Below are positions 45,388 through 53,582 of a DNA stretch of 64,000 bases, one piece after another (within the stretch, counting starts at the first letter, position 1; each line of letters begins with the position of its first letter). The stretch comes from Chlamydiota bacterium. GTDB lineage: Bacteria; Chlamydiota; Chlamydiia; Chlamydiales; Rhabdochlamydiaceae. A program made the position numbers and the translations under genes. The stretch is taken from assembly GCA_013288895.1 (NCBI GenBank), contig JABDAY010000002.1, positions 16,154-80,153 of the forward strand. The letters are read 5' to 3'. The notes under the pieces are model-generated. The model was not told the origin of the DNA, made no database searches, and was given only the letters and a program-made list of their open reading frames with translations.

Positions 45388-45619
45388 GAAACTCCTTTTT
45401 TTATTCGCTTATATTCTTTAAACCTTATTTTGACCAGAGGATTTTTGTTGTGACAGCAGCTCCCGCTAGGCGCAGGAGCTATGGTGATTTGAGACTAAAC
45501 ATGGCCAAAGCAGACATAAGGCATCGACACTCACTTTACAAGTCTGGGGAGACAGCAGGCGCTGAAACAAAAGCTTGGTCATAGCTTTTGTCCCTGCGCC
45601 CGCTAATAAAAATTCTGTT

Positions 45620-47197
45620 TTATGATTTTAAAATTTTAGCGTATTGGAATATAGATTTAATAGTCTTTTCGTCCTCAGCAGTTAAAGCAGTTCTGACTTT
45701 AATCCGGGTGATATTATTGCGTGTTTGCAAAGGCAGTGTTCCAAGAGAGGGGAGATCTGTTTCTAGAGATTCAATCACAATCGTATTCAATCTTGGGCAA
45801 AAAGGAGTGAGATTACTAAGATCCTCACCCGTACTTTCAGGATCTATTGCTTTAGAAATTTTTTGCAAAATTGATAGGGGGATAAATTTATTTTTCTCAA
45901 GGCAATCAAAGGTAAGATTATGAGGGCGTTTATGAAGCAAATAATGTAGTCCTTGAAAGGTGAAATTTTCTGGATCACATACAGAAATATGCATTTGGAC
46001 ATGAGATAATTGGTGCATTCTTGAAAAACGATCTGCAATATTTTGCAAGTCAGCATCATTAGGTGCGATTAGAGATAAATTCAATTTTTTAAGATTTAGA
46101 AGTTTAAGTTGAGTAAAGTCCTGAGATAAATACTCAAGATCTGATACAAGAATAATTTGCGGAAATCGCGCAGTGAATTCCTGAACTTGATCTAGAAGCT
46201 TCGCAGGAAATAATATTGGGGGGGGTATTGGCCCTGGATGCGCTGCTGCTGCATGATTCGAAGCTTGATTCGGAACTTTCAATGTAAAGGCTAAATGTCT
46301 GAGTCGCTGGAAATAAGAAGTTATCGATCTCATGGGGTTTTCATCCCTCCCGCCTTGCGTGATTCGGAGAAGAAAATAATTTGCAGCTCCAAGTAGAACC
46401 ATCTCTGTTGGTCCCTCAGCACAGAGATCAAATGTAATATTAGGATTCTCTTCAGAACACCAGAAAAATTCAGATAGAAAATTATTCCTAAACGGTTGTT
46501 GCAAAATTCTGTCCTCATTAAATTGAGCAAAAGTAATCCGTTCCAATTTAGTTTCTCTAATTCCAATGTGAGGAGGAAGGGGATGATTTGCCTGCTCAAA
46601 AATAAGTTCTTTGAGATTTGGTAATATTGAAAGAAATATCCTTACCTCTTCTTTAGACGGGGAAGTATTAGAATGAAAATACAGAGATGTGATTTCATCC
46701 CTTATGGAAGGATTCAAAGATTGAACTTGGCAGGCAGCGGTTACGCTTTGAAAACTTCCATCATCAAAGATACTAAGTTTAGTCAAGCACTTTACGTGCT
46801 GCTGTGTTAATACACTACAATTAGAATGCTCAGTTGCACCATAAAATTTAGCAAGATCCTTCAATTCAAATAAAGACATCGCAATTTGTTTTCCTGCTAG
46901 TATTTGGACCGCCAGAACAGCTTGGTTGTAAAGATGACGACTCGTACGTCTAATAAAATTAAATTCATTTCGTGATAAAAGCCCTCTAAATTGGTCAAAT
47001 ATCACATTTGGCACTCTAGAAAATCGATCCACATCTCCAGGAGAACCAGCAGGAAAGCGCTGAGGCTGAGGGGGTAATACAAGTACTCCCTGATTGTTTG
47101 CTAAAACCAAAGAAGACGGCACAGACATAATATAATTCTCCGCAGTGTTATTTAACTTTACAAGAAACTTATCAGAACTAATACTATAATTCAACAT
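45620..47197 (-). CDS. Leucine-rich-repeat (RNI-like) protein, possibly with an F-box-like N-terminal motif
   Basis: Repeated L..L..L.L patterns (LPNLKELIF, LKLLNLKKLNLSL, LSNLTPFCPRLNTIVIESL). N-terminal VIFDQFRGLLSRNEFNFIRRTSRHLYNQAV. Confidence 0.45.
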   Translation of the reverse strand: MLNYSISSDKFLVKLNNTAENYIMSVPSSLVLANNQGVLVLPPQPQRFPAGSPGDVDRFSRVPNVIFDQFRGLLSRNEFNFIRRTSRHLYNQAVLAVQILAGKQIAMSLFELKDLAKFYGATEHSNCSVLTQQHVKCLTKLSIFDDGSFQSVTAACQVQSLNPSIRDEITSLYFHSNTSPSKEEVRIFLSILPNLKELIFEQANHPLPPHIGIRETKLERITFAQFNEDRILQQPFRNNFLSEFFWCSEENPNITFDLCAEGPTEMVLLGAANYFLLRITQGGRDENPMRSITSYFQRLRHLAFTLKVPNQASNHAAAAHPGPIPPPILFPAKLLDQVQEFTARFPQIILVSDLEYLSQDFTQLKLLNLKKLNLSLIAPNDADLQNIADRFSRMHQLSHVQMHISVCDPENFTFQGLHYLLHKRPHNLTFDCLEKNKFIPLSILQKISKAIDPESTGEDLSNLTPFCPRLNTIVIESLETDLPSLGTLPLQTRNNITRIKVRTALTAEDEKTIKSIFQYAKILKS

Positions 47198-47251
47198 TAA
47201 AATATTTATTACTATAGCGGGCCATTTTTACGTTGCCAAAAGCTTTTCCGC

Positions 47252-47280
47252 TTGACAAATTAAAGTAATTTTTATATATG
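47252..47280 (+). promoter_or_regulatory. Candidate sigma70-like promoter (TTGACA-N17-TATATG) upstream of the malic enzyme gene
   Basis: Read directly, ~80 nt upstream of the ATG at 47362. Confidence 0.3.
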
Positions 47281-47361
47281 CGCGTGAATGAGGCCAACTT
47301 ATTGGTTTCCAAAAGACACTGAAAAAGGATATACTATGGAACAAAAAATTAGACCGAGCGT

Positions 47362-48933
47362 ATGGCAAAGCATAAAAAATTCAGCCCTGATCAGCTTCTC
47401 AACAATCCTCTTTTAAATAAAGGCTCGGCCTTTACACAAAAAGAGAGAGATGCGTTTGGCTTAAATGGTTTATTGCCCTACCAGGTTTCTACAATGGAGC
47501 AGCAGCTCCAGAGACGTTACGCAAATTTCTCTGCACAAAAAGGGGCTCTAGCAAAGTATACCTTTTTAAGCGCATTGCAAAATCGCAATGAGGTGCTTTT
47601 TTACCGTTTGGTGCAAGAGCATATCGATGAGATGATGCCTCTTGTTTATACTCCAACAGTCGGGGAGGTGTCGCTCCACTTCAGCGTTCTCTATAAGGAG
47701 CATCGAGGCGTTTACATCTCCTATCCTCACAAAGATAAAATGCATGAAATCATCCGCGGCCTTAAGAAAGAGGTGGATGTGATTGTTGTCACAGATGGGG
47801 AAAGGATTTTAGGTCTGGGGGATTTAGGGGTTGGAGGTATGACAATCCCCCTTGGCAAACTGGTTCTTTATACGATTTTTGGGGGGATTAATCCTGCTAA
47901 AACGCTCCCCGTTTTTTTAGATGTGGGAACCAATAATGAAACCCTACTTGACGACCCTCTTTATATGGGATGGCGAAACAAGAGAATTAGCGGAAAAGAA
48001 TATGACAATTTTATTCATCAGTTTGTCAAGGAGATCAAAAAGAAATATCCCAATGTCCTTTTGCAATGGGAAGATTTTGCTAAGCCTCATGCAAAGCCCT
48101 TATTAGAAAAATACAGGGAAAAGATCTGCTCCTTTAACGATGATATTCAAGGAACTGCTGCGGTTGTTCTCTCTGCGATCCTTGCCGGGGTTAAGGCTAA
48201 AAAAGAAAGTCTTGAAGAACAAAGGGTGGTGATTTTCGGTGGGGGAGGTGCAGGCTTAGGGATTGCCCGTTACATTGCGGCCTATTCGAAGCATATTTAT
48301 GTGGTAGATAGGCACGGGCTGATCACTACCAAACTAAAAGAGGCCGATAAAGAACAAAAAAAGTTCGCTCAAAGCTGGGACCACAAAGACACCTCTTTAT
48401 TAAATGTGATTCGGCAGGTGCGCCCACACATCCTCATCGGGGTTTCAGGACAGGCCGGCAGCTTTACTGAGGAGATGATCAAAGAGATGGCAAAGCAGGT
48501 AGAAAAACCCCTTATTTTCCCTCTTTCAAACCCCAATAGCTGCTGCGAGGCAAAACCTGCGGATTTAATGGAATGGACACAAGGAAAAGCTATTATTGCT
48601 ACCGGAAGCCCTTTTGAGGGGATCGCTCAATGCAATAACGTCTATATTTTCCCAGGTGTGGGCCTAGGAGTGCTCGCAAGCGGAGCCAAAACCGTACCCG
48701 ACTCTCTTTTTTATAAAGCAGCTGAGGTATTAAGCTCCTATTCCCCCATGCTTAAATCAGGCGGGGCTCTCTTTCCTCGTTTCAAAGAGCTCCACGACAT
48801 CTCTAAACATATAGCCGTAGCTGTTGCTCAAAAAGCACAGGAAGAAGGGATCGCTAAAAAGATGACCCCCGAAGAGACCATGCTCGCCGTCGAAAAGACG
48901 ATGTGGCAACCCGAATACGAATCCCTATATTAA
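47362..48933 (+). CDS. maeA: NAD(P)-dependent malic enzyme
   Basis: LLNKGSAFTQKERDAFGLNGLLP, FNDDIQGTAAV and GGGGAGLGIA. 523 aa. Confidence 0.9.
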   Translation: MAKHKKFSPDQLLNNPLLNKGSAFTQKERDAFGLNGLLPYQVSTMEQQLQRRYANFSAQKGALAKYTFLSALQNRNEVLFYRLVQEHIDEMMPLVYTPTVGEVSLHFSVLYKEHRGVYISYPHKDKMHEIIRGLKKEVDVIVVTDGERILGLGDLGVGGMTIPLGKLVLYTIFGGINPAKTLPVFLDVGTNNETLLDDPLYMGWRNKRISGKEYDNFIHQFVKEIKKKYPNVLLQWEDFAKPHAKPLLEKYREKICSFNDDIQGTAAVVLSAILAGVKAKKESLEEQRVVIFGGGGAGLGIARYIAAYSKHIYVVDRHGLITTKLKEADKEQKKFAQSWDHKDTSLLNVIRQVRPHILIGVSGQAGSFTEEMIKEMAKQVEKPLIFPLSNPNSCCEAKPADLMEWTQGKAIIATGSPFEGIAQCNNVYIFPGVGLGVLASGAKTVPDSLFYKAAEVLSSYSPMLKSGGALFPRFKELHDISKHIAVAVAQKAQEEGIAKKMTPEETMLAVEKTMWQPEYESLY

Positions 48934-49021
48934 AAACAATATAATTAATATTTTAATTGAATTTAAATCCACTTTTATATTAAAATTGTTCATGTAAGGA
49001 AATTTTAACAAGAGGAAATTT

Positions 49022-49288
49022 ATGTCAGTAATAAAACCACCCCCGGCCCCACAATATCCAGATATATTCGCCATAAATGGTATTAACGGTAGGACTCAAC
49101 CGACTAGGACTCAACCGACACCGTGGCCATTTAGCTACGGACCGAACCCAGATGTCTGCAGTAAACCCCACCCCACAACCTCACTAGGAAACATCTCAGA
49201 AAGAGAGACACCACAGCTCCGTGTTGAGGAGATGCAAAAAGAAATGAAAGCTGTACAACAAGTCGGCGATAAGATTTATAAAAGATAG
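49022..49288 (+). CDS. Small Pro/Thr-rich hypothetical protein
   Basis: 88-aa ORF preceded by AAGAGGAAATTT-ATG. No homology recognised. Confidence 0.35.
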   Translation: MSVIKPPPAPQYPDIFAINGINGRTQPTRTQPTPWPFSYGPNPDVCSKPHPTTSLGNISERETPQLRVEEMQKEMKAVQQVGDKIYKR

Positions 49289-49366
49289 GAAAATATGGCC
49301 CGATGATATTTTCTGTCTGCCTCGTAACGCCTACTAACCCGGCTTAAAAATTTTAATCGCAGCACG

Positions 49367-49870
49367 CTAGAGTGTGAGAGCATTAATGGCGCTGTCGTAG
49401 TCGGGTTCGTGGACGATTTCGCCCACTTGCTCGGTGTAGAGGATTTTGTTGTTTTCATCTAGAACGACAACTGCACGGGAGCAAATGCCCGCAAGCGGCC
49501 CATCTATCATCAGGACTCCATAGTCTTTTGCGAAATCGCGCGTGCGGAGCATAGAAAGTGTGATAATAAAAGTGCACTTTTCTGCATCGCAAAATCGTTT
49601 TTGCGCAAAAGGCAAATCTGCCGAAACAACAAGAACCGCAACGTTAGATAATTTTCCTGTCAGCTCATTGAATTTTTTAGCTGATGTTGAACAGGTATCA
49701 GTGTCTAGACTAGGCACAACGGAGAGGATCTTTTTCTTGCCGGCATAGTCTTTTAGCGAATGATCGTTAAATTTTCCGTCGGTGAGCAAAAAGTCGGGTG
49801 CAATGGAACCCACTTTAGGCAGCTTTCCGATGGTATGTATGGGCTGCCCTCTAAATTTTATTTCTGTCAT
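49367..49870 (-). CDS. tpx: Thiol peroxidase (atypical 2-Cys peroxiredoxin)
   Basis: VGSIAPDFLLTD..KKILSVVPSLDTDTCSTSAKKFNE. 167 aa. ATGA start/stop overlap with the upstream methyltransferase. Confidence 0.88.
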   Translation of the reverse strand: MTEIKFRGQPIHTIGKLPKVGSIAPDFLLTDGKFNDHSLKDYAGKKKILSVVPSLDTDTCSTSAKKFNELTGKLSNVAVLVVSADLPFAQKRFCDAEKCTFIITLSMLRTRDFAKDYGVLMIDGPLAGICSRAVVVLDENNKILYTEQVGEIVHEPDYDSAINALTL

Positions 49871-50607
49871 ATCGTCCCCTTTGTAGCATAGCCCAAGTAA
49901 CCTGTAGTTAACGAGCGAGTAAATGAGAAGCTGAATTTTTCACTAACAGTACGGGTAAAAACCATTTTCCAAAAGGGAAAAGTGAAAACATTTGGTTTTA
50001 ATCCAAGTTGTTTTTGGATTGAGAGATTATGTTTGGTAAGGAGGTCTTGAAGCTCACTCGGTTTAATAAAAAGGTGGTAAACATGGAGATCAGGAGGGGA
50101 GTTTTTTACAAACCATGAAATCCCTTTTATGGCCAAAAGATAGCTAAAGAAGTTTCGATTAAAAGTATGGAAAAAGAAAAGACCTCCCGGTTTTAAAATC
50201 CGAGAAGCTTCCCTTATTAAGGCTTCCGGGTTTTCAACGTGTTCGAGGATATCCATGGCGCATACCACATCAAAGCTACTTCCATCAAATGGAAGGGAAG
50301 TCGCATCAGCTTGGGTGTAGATAACTGATTTAGTAGAGTCGTTAACCGTTGCCACTTCAAGGCTTTTGGACGAAAGATCAATGCCGTGAACCTTATAGCC
50401 GTTTTTTGCCAGGTAGTTTGTAAGAAACCCCGCCCCACAACCTATGTCTAGGATGGAAGCATTTGCAGGGATGTTTTCTTTGATCCAGGGATTTCTCGTT
50501 CTATTTTCAGCGCGCAAAAGTGCAATGGGATGGTCTTCTGCCTCATACCACTCTGCATTCAATGTGTCGTAAAATTCATTGTTTATTTTCTTGCGGGACA
50601 TAGACAA
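49867..50607 (-). CDS. Class I SAM-dependent methyltransferase (UbiG-like)
   Basis: ILDIGCGAGFLTNYLAKNGYKVHGIDLS..FDVVCAMDILEHVENPEALIREASRILKPGGLFFF. Confidence 0.8.
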   Translation of the reverse strand: MSMSRKKINNEFYDTLNAEWYEAEDHPIALLRAENRTRNPWIKENIPANASILDIGCGAGFLTNYLAKNGYKVHGIDLSSKSLEVATVNDSTKSVIYTQADATSLPFDGSSFDVVCAMDILEHVENPEALIREASRILKPGGLFFFHTFNRNFFSYLLAIKGISWFVKNSPPDLHVYHLFIKPSELQDLLTKHNLSIQKQLGLKPNVFTFPFWKMVFTRTVSEKFSFSFTRSLTTGYLGYATKGTI

Positions 50608-51028
50608 AATTCCAGTAGATGATTTGATAAAGGCAAAAAAGGGAAATCATGACGAGCTGCGAAATAATAAATGGAGTATAGAGGCTCTGATACCATAGAA
50701 GGCCAAGCGCAGCGAGGATTATGGGATGATTAATAAAAAGGAGGGCATGCAGCCAATGTTCCATAGCCGGGCAGTGGTGCTTGTGGACAAACTCATCTTT
50801 TGTCACCAGAATGCAGGAGAGGAAGGCAAGGCCGATATAGTAGTAGAGGGCTTCGCGGGTGTAAGGGATGGTGAGAACAAAGACAAAACAAGCAATGACA
50901 GAGAGTGTGTCGATGGGATGGCCAATCCGCTCCCATTTGGGAAGCCCCCGCTTCACATGAAACACCATCTCATCTAAGCCAATCGCGACCGCCTGAATCA
51001 AAAACGGTATTGTTAATAGTACCCACAT
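50576..51028 (-). CDS. Small 4-5 TM membrane protein with duplicated DE-x-V-x-H motifs
   Basis: Start at MWVLLTIPF (51028); the longer track ORF begins inside the PAL-A repeat. GLDEMVFHVKR, TKDEFVHKHH and EHWLHALLF. Confidence 0.55.
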   Translation of the reverse strand: MWVLLTIPFLIQAVAIGLDEMVFHVKRGLPKWERIGHPIDTLSVIACFVFVLTIPYTREALYYYIGLAFLSCILVTKDEFVHKHHCPAMEHWLHALLFINHPIILAALGLLWYQSLYTPFIISQLVMISLFCLYQIIYWNFVYVPQENKQ

Positions 51029-51071
51029 GCTTCGAGAGTCTACAAGATATGCGAAAAGAAGAAAAGAAGAA

Positions 51072-51198
51072 GATCGGGCACGCACGCGGGCACGGGCACG
51101 GGCACGAAAGAAAGAAAGAAAGAAAGAAAGAAACGTCTAAACTCTCTTCTTCTCTCTCTCTTTCGTGCCCGTGCCCGTGCCCGCGTGCGTGCCCGATC
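51072..51198. repeat. PAL-A palindromic element with expanded (GAAA)7 inner tract
   Basis: The outer arms are identical to 20388-20497. The inner tract is GAAAGAAAGAAAGAAAGAAAGAAAGAAA. It lies between the type III PKS stop and the next gene. Confidence 0.8.
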
Positions 51199-51207
51199 TT
51201 CTCTCTA

Positions 51208-52200
51208 CTACTTCACAAGTTTGAAGAGGGCGCCGCACAAAGTTAATCCCGGACCGAACGCTAAGCTAATCACATTACTTCCACTCGGGAGCTCTCCAAG
51301 CATCTTTTCCCAGATGTGGGGGAGGGTGGCAGACGACATGTTGCCAAACGTTTTCATCACCTCAACGCTATGAGCTATTTGCTCATCTTCTAGTTTAAGA
51401 ATATCTCTGATCTGCTCGATGATTTTGGGGCCGCCGGGGTGGATCGCATAAAAAACCTCTCCCTTGGGATTTAGTTTTTTAATAAATTCAGGCAAAGCTC
51501 TTGCAATCACGACGGGGACAGCTTTGGAAAGGGTCATCTCCATTCCCCATTCAGCAATCCTCCAGCTCATGTCTGCAATAGAATCTGGCAGAATCTTTTC
51601 TTCTAAGGCTAACACTTCGAAATGGGGCTCATTTGTCTCTTTCACAACAGAATATTTGATAAAACCGTCAGCAAAAAGGGTTTGGACAACGAGCTGCTCA
51701 GATCTGTGGAAATTAGGGTTTAAATGGATTGTGCAAAGCTCAGTATGGACAATATCTCCACTTTGTCCTCTGAGCATCCGGATCGCAGGGATCGATCCAT
51801 AACACCCCATATGATAAGCATTGGTCACAGAAGTGTCTGAGCGCCTCTTAGAGACAATCTTTTGTGCAGGGGAGGGGGAGATGTAACCTGTACAGCTAAC
51901 ATGTACAATATGGGCCGGCAAAGGGGCATTTTCATAGAACTGCTCAAAAACGCCGCTTGCTCCCTCGTCAAACGCTTTCATGCGGGAACCCATCTGCTCC
52001 AATCCTGCAAGCTGATCAAGAGTAAGGTGGGTGCCGCGCGTAGCAATTTTATTGCTCCCAATCCCCATTTTTACTAGCCGCCCCTTGATCTCAGAATAAT
52101 CAGCCCCAGCTTTAGCATGACACACAGCCAAAAATTCCAAAATAGTTTCCTGAGAATAAATATTTGCAGGGCGAATATGAGAAAAATGAGCAAGTAACAT
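51208..52200 (-). CDS. Type III polyketide synthase (chalcone/stilbene synthase family)
   Basis: Cys in HVSCTGYISPSPAQKIV, His in AIHPGGPKII and Asn in FGNMSSATLPHIW. ATG at 52200 preferred over TTG at 52209. Confidence 0.85.
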   Translation of the reverse strand: MLLAHFSHIRPANIYSQETILEFLAVCHAKAGADYSEIKGRLVKMGIGSNKIATRGTHLTLDQLAGLEQMGSRMKAFDEGASGVFEQFYENAPLPAHIVHVSCTGYISPSPAQKIVSKRRSDTSVTNAYHMGCYGSIPAIRMLRGQSGDIVHTELCTIHLNPNFHRSEQLVVQTLFADGFIKYSVVKETNEPHFEVLALEEKILPDSIADMSWRIAEWGMEMTLSKAVPVVIARALPEFIKKLNPKGEVFYAIHPGGPKIIEQIRDILKLEDEQIAHSVEVMKTFGNMSSATLPHIWEKMLGELPSGSNVISLAFGPGLTLCGALFKLVK

Positions 52201-52303
52201 ACCACCCAAGCTTATCAGGTGATATCTTTATCCTCTAAAGAAAAAGATGGTTAAATTAAACGATTACAGATATATACATATCAAAAACTAAGGAGAGCCT
52301 CCG

Positions 52304-53569
52304 ATGAAACGTTTTCAGCTTTTTAGCATTTTAACTTCTTTTTTTCTCACTGCAGCCGCACTGCAGGCAGGGCCGACAGATGCATACGTAGCAAATTCTG
52401 TCAGTCACAACGTAAGCGTTATCGACACTTCTACAAATGTGGTGACAGAAACTGTGGCTTTGCTTCTAGGCTCAGGCCCCGAAGGGATTGCTATAACACC
52501 AAATGGTTCATTTGTTTATGTAGCAGATTTTAGCGCTGGCACCGTAAGCGTCATCAACACTTCTACAAATTCCGTAACAGCAACTGTAGCTGTAAACTTA
52601 GACGCCTATGGAGTTGCTATAACGCCAAATGGCTTATTTGCTTATGTATCTAGTGGAATCTCAAATAATACTGGCACCGCAAGTGTTATCAACACTTCTA
52701 CTAATTCCGTAACAGCAACTGTAACTGTGGGAATAAACCCACGTGCAGTTGCCATAACACCAAATGGCCTATTTGCTTATGTAACAAATATTGGCATTAT
52801 CACTACTAATCCTGCCACCATAAGCGTCATTAACACTTCAACAAATACAGTAATAGCAACTGTAACTGTGGGCCCCGAAGCTTCAGGAGTTGCCATAACA
52901 CCAAACGGCTCATTTGCTTATGTAACAAACGCTAATCTCTCTGGCACCGTGAGCGTCATCAACACTTCTACAAATACAGTAACAGCAACTATAGCTGTGG
53001 GCGCAGATCCTCACGGAGTTGCTATAACACCAAACGGCTCATTTGCTTATGTGATAAACACTAATCTCTCTGGCACCGTGAGCGTCATCAACACTTCTAC
53101 AAATTCCGTAATAGCAACTGTACCCGTGGGCTCAGAGCCCCTTGGGGTTGCTATAGCACCAAATGGCTCATTTGTTTATGTAGCAAATAATAGCAACCCT
53201 GGCACCGTGAGCGTCATCAACACTTCTACAAATTCAGTAACAGCAACTGTCACTGTGGGCGCAGGCCCGGGGGCAATTGCCACGGCTTGGTCCCCCCAAC
53301 CGCCGCCATGCATTAGTGGATTCCAAAAGAAAGACCGGTTTTTGACTCAAACCGACCTGTATAATACCATTAAATGGTGCCCAAGCCCCTCGGTTTTCGC
53401 GACGTCATATAACATCTATCGCAATGGGACCCTTATTGGATCAGTCCCAGCAACGCAGCTTACATTTGAAGATCACAACAGAAGGAAAGGGGAGAAATAC
53501 CTCTACGGCGTTACAGCCGTAAGCAGCGGAGGCGCAATAGGCATCCCCACAACCATCACACTGCCTTAA
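52304..53569 (+). CDS. Secreted YVTN-type beta-propeller repeat protein with a C-terminal FN3-like domain
   Basis: Signal peptide MKRFQLFSILTSFFLTAAALQA. About 8 repeats of ..YV(A/T)N..G TVSVINTSTN(S/T)VTATV.VG..P.GVAITPNG.FAYV. C-terminus YNIYRNGTLIGSV..YLYGVTAVSSGG. Confidence 0.8.
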   Translation: MKRFQLFSILTSFFLTAAALQAGPTDAYVANSVSHNVSVIDTSTNVVTETVALLLGSGPEGIAITPNGSFVYVADFSAGTVSVINTSTNSVTATVAVNLDAYGVAITPNGLFAYVSSGISNNTGTASVINTSTNSVTATVTVGINPRAVAITPNGLFAYVTNIGIITTNPATISVINTSTNTVIATVTVGPEASGVAITPNGSFAYVTNANLSGTVSVINTSTNTVTATIAVGADPHGVAITPNGSFAYVINTNLSGTVSVINTSTNSVIATVPVGSEPLGVAIAPNGSFVYVANNSNPGTVSVINTSTNSVTATVTVGAGPGAIATAWSPQPPPCISGFQKKDRFLTQTDLYNTIKWCPSPSVFATSYNIYRNGTLIGSVPATQLTFEDHNRRKGEKYLYGVTAVSSGGAIGIPTTITLP

Positions 53570-53582
53570 AGGGGAGCCTGCG

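Noticed and set aside
45440-45612. SRP (4.5S) RNA or 6S RNA in the GC-rich spacer.
   Set aside because: I could not find the conserved SRP domain IV motifs (GGAA..AGCA symmetric-loop context) on either strand. I also could not find a 6S-like long interrupted helix. It is reported only as a low-interest structured region.
51072-51198. Whether the periodic GGGCAC / AAACGCA units could be a CRISPR array.
   Set aside because: The units are 6-9 nt and contiguous with no spacers. They are arranged with mirror symmetry. No cas genes are present.
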